From NCBI GenBank assembly GCA_043797125.1, contig JAZDPX010000022.1, positions 1,065 through 65,064 of the forward strand: 64,000 nucleotides of DNA. Direction: 5' to 3'. This document shows, in pieces, positions 28,383-36,776 of the stretch. The position numbers and the translations under genes are program-made. Position 1 is the stretch's first letter. Each line of letters begins with the position of its first letter. The notes under the pieces were generated by a model, which saw only the letters and a program-made list of their open reading frames with translations, did no database searches and was not told the DNA's origin. This DNA is from Candidatus Omnitrophota bacterium. GTDB lineage: Bacteria > Omnitrophota > Gorgyraeia > JABMRG01 > JAFGKX01.

Positions 28383-28646
28383 TCATAGAGCCTCTATGTG
28401 CTTCTTGGCCTCCTTTGCGTTCTTGTATGTCTTGCCATTTTGAGCTGACAACTTCTCGATTTTGGCCCACTCACTTGAGGTATAAGGCGACTGTACCGTA
28501 ACCTTACAGGGCAACAGTATAATACCGTCTTTACTTACACCAAAGGCGATTGAGGCGCCGGTAGTAACATGCAAAATCTTTCTAATGCGATTAGGTATGG
28601 TAACCTGCCCTTTGGATGTGATTTTAGCGGTTTCTATTATAGTCAT
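28383..28646 (-). CDS. AbrB/MazE/SpoVT-fold DNA-binding protein (antitoxin-like, solitary)
   Basis: MTIIETAKITSKGQVTIPNRIRKILHVTTGASIAFGVSKDGIILLP is a swapped-hairpin AbrB/MazE N-domain. Confidence 0.6.
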   Translation of the reverse strand: MTIIETAKITSKGQVTIPNRIRKILHVTTGASIAFGVSKDGIILLPCKVTVQSPYTSSEWAKIEKLSAQNGKTYKNAKEAKKHIEAL

Positions 28647-28814
28647 TTTAACCTCCTTGTATTCCTACTTCCTTACTTCCTTACATCCTTACATCCAACA
28701 GAAGTATACACTACAATATAGCGTTTGTCAAGACCGAAGGCAGGCCGAACGACTCCGAAAACGTCTCTTGAGCGGGAATAATATTAGTAGCTTTGGTAGG
28801 TATTGTTTGGGTAC

Positions 28815-30164
28815 TTATTGTTTTTCAATCACTATTTTGCTTTTTAACTTTTTTTCTCTATTTGCTAGCAATGCCTTTGCGTTGCTTACCAACTCATCAT
28901 ATTCTGGTATGTTTTGTCCTTTTTCTATAAATTCTTTAAGATCAGATATGCCAACCTCTATGCTGCAGTCACAGTGGTAAACGTTTATATAGCCCAAAGC
29001 AAAAAGGTATAAAATATTACTTTGTTCCTTTGCATATTCTGCTTGTAGAAAATCTATTATCTGCACTATATTACCTGATGGGTTTGTTTTAATTTTTTGA
29101 TAATATTTCAGTAAATCTTTTGGATTTTTATTTTTAATAGCAAAGAAAGCATAATTATAATTAGCAAGTGGCCTTATTTCATCATCTGTAACTTTATCTG
29201 TGTGGTGTTTAGCTGCTGATAAATCATTATCCACCACATAACATAACCTTGCTATGTCTAAATGCGCTTTTGAATCATCCGGCTTAATTCTCAATATATT
29301 CTCATAATATATTTTACTTTCCTTTGGCTTATCATATCTTAGCTTTTCACCTAAAAACCTATATATTTCTATTAAATAAGTTTGTATGTGTTCTTTAAAA
29401 ATACTCAAATTTGGAAAATCTTCTGGCTTTTTGTTTGAGATTAATAAATTTAGCTTTTCTAAAATAGCTAAACATTCATTTAATCGCCCTCTCGTGCTTA
29501 AGCTTAGGGCTATTATAAAAAGGCTAATTTCAGTTATATTAGTAGAAACAACTTGTATGTCATTGAAAAAAGCATTGTCTAATATTTTCCAATATCTTCC
29601 TTTTATGCTATCATCGATATGTTTGATTAATACAGGACGTGCAAACTCTGGAAGCAATCTATATAAATAAGTGAATTTTAGCTTAAACTCAGATGTCTTT
29701 TCTTTGTTGTCAAAACCTTCTAAGGTATACCCCCAAATTATTAAATCTGTCATTCTTTTTCGTGCATACCCTTCTGCCCTTTCACGGCTTTTCATAGAGA
29801 AATCTGATGGCATACTTCTTGCAATGATAGATCTTGATAAATTCAACTCGTCAATTTTTGAAGATATAATCTTTATAATGGATTCGTAGTGTTTTTTTGT
29901 TTCTTCCGTGTAATCAATTGCAAATAGAATTTTTATTCTATTAGAAAAAAATAATCTGCCTGAAAAATATCTCCAATATAAGGTGTAAAGTAACCCTAAA
30001 ATGCAGGATATTGCAATAATATATCTACCGTCTTGAATAAATGGCTTTAGCAAGGAAGAAAGGATTAAATATATAAGTATTACGACAAGAAATAGCCCTT
30101 TTTTTGTTCTCATAAACTCGTCGTCTTTTTCAATGAAGGTTTTAATAATATTTTCTATACACAT
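28815..30164 (-). CDS. membrane protein with two N-terminal TM helices and a long alpha-helical (TPR-like) cytoplasmic domain, function unknown
   Basis: TM1 LFLVVILIYLILSSLL, TM2 YIIAISCILGLLYTLYW; the rest is helical and repeat-like; gene is visibly AT-rich. Confidence 0.4.
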   Translation of the reverse strand: MCIENIIKTFIEKDDEFMRTKKGLFLVVILIYLILSSLLKPFIQDGRYIIAISCILGLLYTLYWRYFSGRLFFSNRIKILFAIDYTEETKKHYESIIKIISSKIDELNLSRSIIARSMPSDFSMKSRERAEGYARKRMTDLIIWGYTLEGFDNKEKTSEFKLKFTYLYRLLPEFARPVLIKHIDDSIKGRYWKILDNAFFNDIQVVSTNITEISLFIIALSLSTRGRLNECLAILEKLNLLISNKKPEDFPNLSIFKEHIQTYLIEIYRFLGEKLRYDKPKESKIYYENILRIKPDDSKAHLDIARLCYVVDNDLSAAKHHTDKVTDDEIRPLANYNYAFFAIKNKNPKDLLKYYQKIKTNPSGNIVQIIDFLQAEYAKEQSNILYLFALGYINVYHCDCSIEVGISDLKEFIEKGQNIPEYDELVSNAKALLANREKKLKSKIVIEKQ

Positions 30165-30299
30165 AGCATTTTACCCTGATTTCATCTAATCCATTTTAAG
30201 CGACCTTCGGACATTTTATGTTACCCCATATACGGCAACCATCGTTTTCTTATCAAGCAACGCTGTGCCACTTACATCCCAATCGGATACATCTTATTT

Positions 30300-32693
30300 C
30301 TATGATGCTTCGATTGTTTCAATTTCCTGCAACAAGGTCTCATTGGCCAGAATATGTAATAAAATTTTTGCCAAGCCTTTCATTGTGTATGATACTAATT
30401 CGGATGGTTCAAACTGCATCTTTTCATCACTGTATTTATTCAAGCTTTCTTCTTTCTTTAATCGTTGGTAGAGCTCATAATAGAATACCAAGGAGAGTAA
30501 ATAAACAGCCGTTTTATAAGTCCGTTGAACAATTTCAATTTGTTTACCTATTACTTTCCTTGCCCTTATAAACTTATCTAGTTCCAATGAATTCATATTT
30601 ATCGCTATAGCATCAATCAAGCACCCTTCTTGGCTAGATTCGTGAAGATAGCAAATATCCGTCTCATACCAATTATAATTTTCCCAGCATTTGTAATTAT
30701 CTTCTTTGTCCTCTTCGTTTTTTTCTTTATAGACCTCTATGAGCTTCGGCAGAGAATATTCCTTCTTCTTGTCTACTTCTTCTTCTCGAAACTCTCCATG
30801 AGGTTTATCTATTACAATATCAGCTATTAATCTATGTAGACCATCAGGAGAGCTCATTTCTATGTTAATCGGCACTTTAGTGCCAATTGGCAATTCTTTC
30901 TTTGGCTTTATCCTTAACTTAATATCCCCTTCATTTGGCCCCACGACATTGACATCTAAAACTTCTTCATAATCACCACCCGGCCCTACCGGACCGGGAC
31001 CTTTCCCTGTATATGGCCTAAGGACTTTTATCTTCAGCTCACCTTTATCATGAGGCCTTATGAGATATTCGTTCTCCACATCAGTTTCGATGTTTATTTT
31101 GCATTCACCATTCTGTGGGAGCATTTTAATATCACCCGGTTTTAAGTTCTTAAATTGAAAATATGTTGGATACCGCTTCCCAGTAAATTTTTCTTTTTTT
31201 GTTTCGATTTCCTTTTTTACTTTGGTCAATTCTCGCCCAATGACTCCTCCGGCTAAGCCCAACAATTTTTCAATCTCTTTGTCATCCCTTAATAATTTAC
31301 CAACGATACTTTTGAGGAATTTCTCATCTTTAGGGTTCGCGAAAATCTGCTCTTTGCGCCATCTCTCATCAAGAGAGGTGAGATAATCATTATCCTTCAA
31401 TTCTTTAGTAATATTATCTATAAGATTTCTGTATTCAACCTTATCCCTCATTTGAGACCGAGATGACATAAATATGTCTTCATGTAATTCCCTCGGCATG
31501 GCCGAGCAATCAACGCTTACTAGCAAGTGGCCTTTCAAATATGCCTTTTTTAGGTCCTGACTAACAAATCTATTATCTATAGAGTGCTGAACTTGACCAT
31601 TGACAGAAAAGACTAGGGCCATATCTCTGATAAATTCTCTAGGTTCAAGTTCTTTTTTGAATACAAATACCTCAATCGGATATTCGACATTGTCGGATTT
31701 AATTTTTGCAGTAAATATGTTTTCTACGCTATCCCTGCTGTCTAAAAAACACCTCATTCTGTTGCCATGCATTATTTTAGTAGGTGAGTGGCTGGCTCTG
31801 TATCTTGTTTCATATAACAATACCGGTAAGGCCGGTTTATACAAATACCTGTTCAGTTCGCGCCAAAGGTCCAGTGTTATATCAGATGGATTTCGGAGGT
31901 CGTAATTAAACAGTTTGATATATGTGCCACCGGCAAATTTTCTTCCCGACAGGTTTAAATCTAAAGGTTGGCTAGTAAACTCAAAAATTTTGCCATCCGC
32001 ATTTATACAATATTCATACCACGACGCTCTAACGCTTTCACCAGTGCCCCTGTTCCGCCTAACAAGCGTAAATCCAAATGGCTGGTTGTCATCCAATAGA
32101 TTTTTTCTAGAAATAATCAATTGGTATCTGTTATTTCCGCAAAAAGGCAATACTGCTGTGCCTCCCATGTTGTATTTGCCTTGCACAAAAAAGATTTTTA
32201 TTTTATTTTTTTTGTTAAGCGAGACTAGTGTATTAGGAAAGTTTTGAGGATGTTGTCCCTCTCCATTATCATAGATACAAATATTTGGGGCCGTTTTTGA
32301 CTCCTCTGCAATTATCTGTATGTTAGATGCCAGCTCTCTTCTTTTTGGATCTGTAAGGTCTGTATAAGCTGCATCGTTTATACCGAAATATCTTTCAAGA
32401 GCTTCTTCCATTGACTTCGGAGCGTTAGGACCCTCCGGATGCTCACCTTTCTGAAAGCAGGCTTTTATTAATATGGCATCTATAGAGTTAGTTATCTTTT
32501 CGATTAAGGATGGAACGGCCTGTGGGGACTGACCGGTAACTGTCCCTAAATTATTTGCAGCATCCCCATAGTGGCGCCAGTTTCCCTGGTTGCTCAAAAC
32601 TGGATGTTTGTCTATTGCTCTCGCAACATCTTCTTCTGAACGAGCATTGGCCAAGTTTAGGCAAAGTCTTTTTATGGCAGTATTATCCATCAT
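30300..32693 (-). CDS. GHKL (Bergerat-fold) ATPase, MutL/MORC-like, with a ~600-aa C-terminal region of unknown function
   Basis: N-box SLIEKITNSIDA, G1 box IYDNGEGQ, G2 box GKYNMGGTAV in the first 190 aa; 797 aa; AT-rich. Confidence 0.6.
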   Translation of the reverse strand: MMDNTAIKRLCLNLANARSEEDVARAIDKHPVLSNQGNWRHYGDAANNLGTVTGQSPQAVPSLIEKITNSIDAILIKACFQKGEHPEGPNAPKSMEEALERYFGINDAAYTDLTDPKRRELASNIQIIAEESKTAPNICIYDNGEGQHPQNFPNTLVSLNKKNKIKIFFVQGKYNMGGTAVLPFCGNNRYQLIISRKNLLDDNQPFGFTLVRRNRGTGESVRASWYEYCINADGKIFEFTSQPLDLNLSGRKFAGGTYIKLFNYDLRNPSDITLDLWRELNRYLYKPALPVLLYETRYRASHSPTKIMHGNRMRCFLDSRDSVENIFTAKIKSDNVEYPIEVFVFKKELEPREFIRDMALVFSVNGQVQHSIDNRFVSQDLKKAYLKGHLLVSVDCSAMPRELHEDIFMSSRSQMRDKVEYRNLIDNITKELKDNDYLTSLDERWRKEQIFANPKDEKFLKSIVGKLLRDDKEIEKLLGLAGGVIGRELTKVKKEIETKKEKFTGKRYPTYFQFKNLKPGDIKMLPQNGECKINIETDVENEYLIRPHDKGELKIKVLRPYTGKGPGPVGPGGDYEEVLDVNVVGPNEGDIKLRIKPKKELPIGTKVPINIEMSSPDGLHRLIADIVIDKPHGEFREEEVDKKKEYSLPKLIEVYKEKNEEDKEDNYKCWENYNWYETDICYLHESSQEGCLIDAIAINMNSLELDKFIRARKVIGKQIEIVQRTYKTAVYLLSLVFYYELYQRLKKEESLNKYSDEKMQFEPSELVSYTMKGLAKILLHILANETLLQEIETIEAS

Positions 32694-32696
32694 AGA

Positions 32697-32921
32697 TTAA
32701 AACTTGAATGTGTTGTTATTCGATTTGGCGTTAAAAAACACTTTTATCCTCTTTAATTCACCATCTACAGCGTGAAATATTTTGGTAACCTCATCATTTG
32801 TATACTGATATATGCCTTTATTAGAGCAGTTGCCCAATTTCCTAATGGCTTCTAGGACATTCTGAGTCCTTCTGGCCGCAACCCTTTTAAATCTATCTGT
32901 CTTTGCTTCGTTTGCCGTCAT
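32697..32921 (-). CDS. small basic hypothetical protein, translationally coupled to the GHKL ATPase gene
   Basis: 74 aa; stop lies 4 nt before the ATPase ATG. Confidence 0.35.
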   Translation of the reverse strand: MTANEAKTDRFKRVAARRTQNVLEAIRKLGNCSNKGIYQYTNDEVTKIFHAVDGELKRIKVFFNAKSNNNTFKF

Positions 32922-33113
32922 ATACCTTACTCCTTTTCAATAACTTCTTATTAAAAAGCATAGCATACAGTAAACAATTTGTCAACTATTTTTTAAATAA
33001 ATCTTAACAATTTACAAAATATTTTTAAAATAGTTCTAATTTTTATGCTGACGTCTAAGTCATGCGTTTTGCCGGAGCTCTTATGATAAAGTTCAAATCA
33101 TTGCGGATGAAAT

Positions 33114-33407
33114 ATCAGAAAATTTTTGCATAAGCCTTTGGGCATTGCCGAAAAAACAATAGCGGAAGATTTGGCTTGCTTGTTTTGGTTGTAGGCAAAA
33201 CATAGGAGTGCAGGCTGGGGACACCGAAACTGAACCCTTGGATAGTAGGGCAGGCTAAAGCCTGCCCTACTATCTATAGGTGAATTTCGGAGGGGCCCCG
33301 GCCGAACGACTATAGTTTTGCCCAAATCTGAAGCGTGTTTTTGAGGCAATGCCCAAGGCTTATATTAGTGATTTGAGTTTCTTGGTGAGTGCCGGAAGGA
33401 CTTCGAA
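33114..33407. repeat. right copy of the ~300-bp direct repeat (MITE-family-B copy 33132-33361 plus the true 3' end of etfA)
   Basis: Read by eye against 26794-27106 with no mismatch noticed except one indel (tttttt vs tttctt), which shifts the frame of the left copy, plus the missing palindrome insertion; not computed. Confidence 0.85.
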
Positions 33408-34553
33408 TAAATCGCCCACGATACCGTAAGTGGCGACTTTGAATATGGGGGCATCGGGGTCTTTATTTATCGCGATGATAATATCCGACGACGACATCCC
33501 TGCTAAATGCTGAATCTGGCCTGATATGCCGCAGGCGATATATATCTTTGGGCAGACGGTCTTTCCTGTTTGCCCTACCTGGTGCGCGTATGATATCCAG
33601 TTAGCGTCAACAGCAGCGCGCGAGGCGCCGACAGCCGCGCCTAAAACTTCCGCAAATTCGCGTACAACAGAAAAATTTTCCGGCTTTCCAAGGCCTCTTC
33701 CGCCTGAAACAATAAAATCAGCTTCGGAAAGGTTTATCTTTTCCTTGTCCTCTTCTACAACATCAACTATTTTGGTCCTTGATTTAAGCAAGCTATCCGG
33801 ATAAGTCTTTTTTATCACTTGCCCTTTTCTCGCCGTGTCAATTTCCGCCTCTTTCATAACCTTGTGCCTTACAGTCGACATCTGCGGCCTGTGATTCGGG
33901 CAGATTATTGTCGCCATAATGTTTCCGCCAAAAGCGGGGCGCGTCTGCAAAAGCAGGCGTCTTTCTTCGTCTATATCCAGGCCTGTGCAATCAGCAGTAA
34001 GGCCTGCGTCTATTTTAACAGCGACTCTTGAGATCAAAGAGCGGCCAATTGAAGTCGCTCCGCACAACACTATTTCAGGCTTATACTCGTTTATCAACTC
34101 GACTATTATATTGGTATAGGGTTCATCCAGATAGTGTCCCAGTTTCGGATTATCAACCACATATACTTTATCAGCGCCTCTATGTATTATATCCTGTGTT
34201 CTATCGTTGACCTTGTTTCCGATTAATATACAGGATAATTCAACGTCAAGCCTGTCAGCGAGCTCTCTGCCTTTGCCAAGCAATTCATACGTAATAGACT
34301 GGATAATGCCTTTTTTCTGTTCCGCTATAATGCAGACGCCTTTATAATCAGCGAGATTTTTCTGTAAGTCCTCTTCTCTTCGCAATATAATCGCGTCAAA
34401 CTTGCAGGCATCAACGCATGCGCCGCAAAGAGTGCATTTGTCCATATTAATGACGGCAAGCCTGCCTTCCATGTAAATGGCGTCGTAAGGGCAGGCCTTC
34501 AGGCACAATTTGCAGCCAACGCATTTTTCTGTAATTACTTCAATTCCAGTCAT
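33360..34553 (-). CDS. etfA: electron transfer flavoprotein alpha subunit with N-terminal 2x[4Fe-4S] ferredoxin domain
   Basis: [16 protein letters not shown] and [16 protein letters not shown], followed by the ETF-alpha FAD domain. Confidence 0.88.
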   Translation of the reverse strand: MTGIEVITEKCVGCKLCLKACPYDAIYMEGRLAVINMDKCTLCGACVDACKFDAIILRREEDLQKNLADYKGVCIIAEQKKGIIQSITYELLGKGRELADRLDVELSCILIGNKVNDRTQDIIHRGADKVYVVDNPKLGHYLDEPYTNIIVELINEYKPEIVLCGATSIGRSLISRVAVKIDAGLTADCTGLDIDEERRLLLQTRPAFGGNIMATIICPNHRPQMSTVRHKVMKEAEIDTARKGQVIKKTYPDSLLKSRTKIVDVVEEDKEKINLSEADFIVSGGRGLGKPENFSVVREFAEVLGAAVGASRAAVDANWISYAHQVGQTGKTVCPKIYIACGISGQIQHLAGMSSSDIIIAINKDPDAPIFKVATYGIVGDLFEVLPALTKKLKSLI

Positions 34554-34670
34554 TTGCTCTTCCTTAAATTAAAACATATAATACACAGATGATCGCAGAT
34601 TAAAAGAAATAGATGATCGCAGATATCTGTGATCATCTTGTTTTTTTATCTGTGCTAATCTGTGTCTTTT

Positions 34671-35462
34671 TCAAAACTTCGGTTTTAACTCATCTTTTAT
34701 GCGCTCGATTAATTTCGCGACAGATTCTTGTATCTCGCCGTGAAAGATCTCACCGCCGCTGCGCGGCTGCGGAGTAAAAATCTTCACGACTTGAGTCGGT
34801 GAACCGTTAAGCCCTGCTAATTTTTCGCTAATTCCTAAATCAGCTATTGTCCATTTTATAATCTGAGCTTTTTTCGCAGCCATTTTTCCCTTTAAAGACG
34901 GGATGCGGGGCTCGTTTATCTCTTTAACTACCGTAAAGACAGCTGGCAGGGGGGTTTCTATTACCTCGAAACCTTCCTCTGTCATTCTTTCGACCCTGGC
35001 AGAACCGTTTTCTATCTTTTCTATTTTTTTAACATAAGTAACCTGCGGTATATCCAAATGCGCTGATATGCCGGGGCCTACCTGCGCAGTGTCTCCGTCA
35101 GCAGCCTGTTTTCCGCAGAATATAACATCAAAAGATTTTATTTTTGTTATTGCGCTCGCAAGTGTATAACTTGTAGCCCAGGTGTCGCTTCCTGCAAATG
35201 CCCTGTCAGTCAAAAGTATAGCCTCATCGCAGCCTAATGATATGGCCTCGCGAAGCGCTGTTTCCACCTGCGGCGGGCCCATGGAAAGAACGGTCACTTT
35301 GCCGCCGAGCTTTTCCTTGGTCCTGACAGCCTCTTCTATGGCATACATATCAAATGGATTAATAATAGACTCAACGCCCTCTCTTATAAGGGTGTTGGTC
35401 TCTGGATTTATCCTTACGTTAGTTGTATCCGGGACTTGTTTTATGCAAACGATTATGTTCAT
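34671..35462 (-). CDS. etfB: electron transfer flavoprotein beta subunit
   Basis: MNIIVCIKQVPDTT...; 263 aa. Confidence 0.9.
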   Translation of the reverse strand: MNIIVCIKQVPDTTNVRINPETNTLIREGVESIINPFDMYAIEEAVRTKEKLGGKVTVLSMGPPQVETALREAISLGCDEAILLTDRAFAGSDTWATSYTLASAITKIKSFDVIFCGKQAADGDTAQVGPGISAHLDIPQVTYVKKIEKIENGSARVERMTEEGFEVIETPLPAVFTVVKEINEPRIPSLKGKMAAKKAQIIKWTIADLGISEKLAGLNGSPTQVVKIFTPQPRSGGEIFHGEIQESVAKLIERIKDELKPKF

Positions 35463-35463
35463 T

Positions 35464-35506
35464 TATTGGTCTATGGTCTATAGTCGATAGTCTATGGTCT
35501 ATAATG
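35464..35506. repeat. heptamer tandem array (GGTCTAT GGTCTAT AGTCGAT AGTCTAT GGTCTAT) between bcd and etfB
   Basis: 7-bp period RGTCNAT x5. Confidence 0.7.
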
Positions 35507-35510
35507 ATAA

Positions 35511-36665
35511 CTATTTTTTTAACGATTCTTTGATAATCTCCGAAGCGATAACGCCGCGCTGAATCTGATTTGTGCCTTCGTAAATCTGCGTTATCTTCGC
35601 GTCGCGCATATATTTTTCAACCGGGTATTCCTTCATATATCCGTATCCGCCGAATACCTGCACAGCGTCGGTGGTAACTCTCATACACATATCTGACGCA
35701 AAAAGTTTTGACTGCGCAGATATTTTTGATATGTCCTTCGCGCCTGAATCAATGGCCTTTGCCGCGTAATATACAAGCGCCCTTGCCGCCTCAATCTGCG
35801 TATCCATATCAGCCAGCATAAACTGCATGCCCTGAAAACTGGATATGGGCTTGCCAAATTGCACTCTCTCTTTGGCGTATTTTACCGCGTGATCAAGCGC
35901 CCCTTGGGCAATTCCCACTGCCTGCGCGCCGATTCCCGGACGGGATTTATCAAATGTCTTCATCGCGACTATAAACCCGTAGCCTTCTTTACCTAATATA
36001 TTTTCTTTTGGGATTTTACAGTCAGTAAACACAAGCTCTCTTGTAGCCGATGCCCTTATTCCCATCTTGTCCTCTTTTTTGCCGAATTCAAAACCAGGGG
36101 TGCCTTTCTCAACAATAAACGCGCTTGCTCCGCGGGAACCTTTTGTCTTATCGGTAATTGCTATTACAGTATATGTTTCTGCCTCTCCGCCGTTTGTAAT
36201 CCACTGCTTTGTGCCGTTTAAAATATAATAATCGCCCTGTCTTTTAGCGGTTGTTGCAACTGCGCCGGCGTCGCTTCCTGCGCCTGCCTCTGTCAATCCA
36301 AATGCAGCGAGCTTTTTGCCTTTAGCAATATCGGGCAAATACTTTTTCTTCTGCTCTTTGGTGCCATATAATATTATAGGATATGCGCCTAAGGCTGTTG
36401 CTGCGTAGCAGACAGCTATGCCTCCGCAGGCTTTAGAAAATTCCTCTGTTGCTATGCATAGCTCTGTAACGCCTCCGCCTGTGCCGCCGAATTCTTCTTC
36501 AACAAAAATCCCGAAAAGATCGCTGTCTGCGATTGTCTTTATCACACCCCATGGAAATTCACCTGTCTCATCGTGGTGGGCTGCTACAGGCGCGATCTTC
36601 TCCCGAGCAATCTGGCGAGCGAGGTCGCGTATCATTATCTGTTCTTCGGTAAATAGGTAATCCAT
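35511..36665 (-). CDS. bcd: acyl-CoA dehydrogenase (butyryl-CoA dehydrogenase type)
   Basis: 384 aa; ACAD motifs and catalytic Glu region YEGTNQIQR; adjacent to etfBA. Confidence 0.85.
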   Translation of the reverse strand: MDYLFTEEQIMIRDLARQIAREKIAPVAAHHDETGEFPWGVIKTIADSDLFGIFVEEEFGGTGGGVTELCIATEEFSKACGGIAVCYAATALGAYPIILYGTKEQKKKYLPDIAKGKKLAAFGLTEAGAGSDAGAVATTAKRQGDYYILNGTKQWITNGGEAETYTVIAITDKTKGSRGASAFIVEKGTPGFEFGKKEDKMGIRASATRELVFTDCKIPKENILGKEGYGFIVAMKTFDKSRPGIGAQAVGIAQGALDHAVKYAKERVQFGKPISSFQGMQFMLADMDTQIEAARALVYYAAKAIDSGAKDISKISAQSKLFASDMCMRVTTDAVQVFGGYGYMKEYPVEKYMRDAKITQIYEGTNQIQRGVIASEIIKESLKK

Positions 36666-36683
36666 TTTTTCACCTCCAAAAAA

Positions 36684-36773
36684 ATCTATGGTCTATAGTC
36701 GATGGTCAATGGTCTATGGTCTATAATTATTGCAAACGATAGACTATCGACTATTGACTATAGACTATAGACC
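36684..36773. repeat. heptamer array (x5) plus its inverted copy (ATAGACT ATCGACT ATTGACT ATAGACT ATAGACC) upstream of bcd
   Basis: About 90 bp forming a large palindrome built from RGTCNAT units. Confidence 0.7.
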
Positions 36774-36776
36774 AAT

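Noticed and set aside
28201-28443. 80-aa plus-strand ORF in the AbrB-gene downstream spacer
   Set aside because: No start context or motif; it overlaps the antisense AbrB-like gene and repeat-rich non-coding DNA.
27107-33113. Calling the island a prophage or ICE
   Set aside because: There is no integrase, recombinase, transposase, or capsid/conjugation gene between the direct repeats. Only accessory or defence-like cargo is present, so it is described just as a repeat-bounded island.
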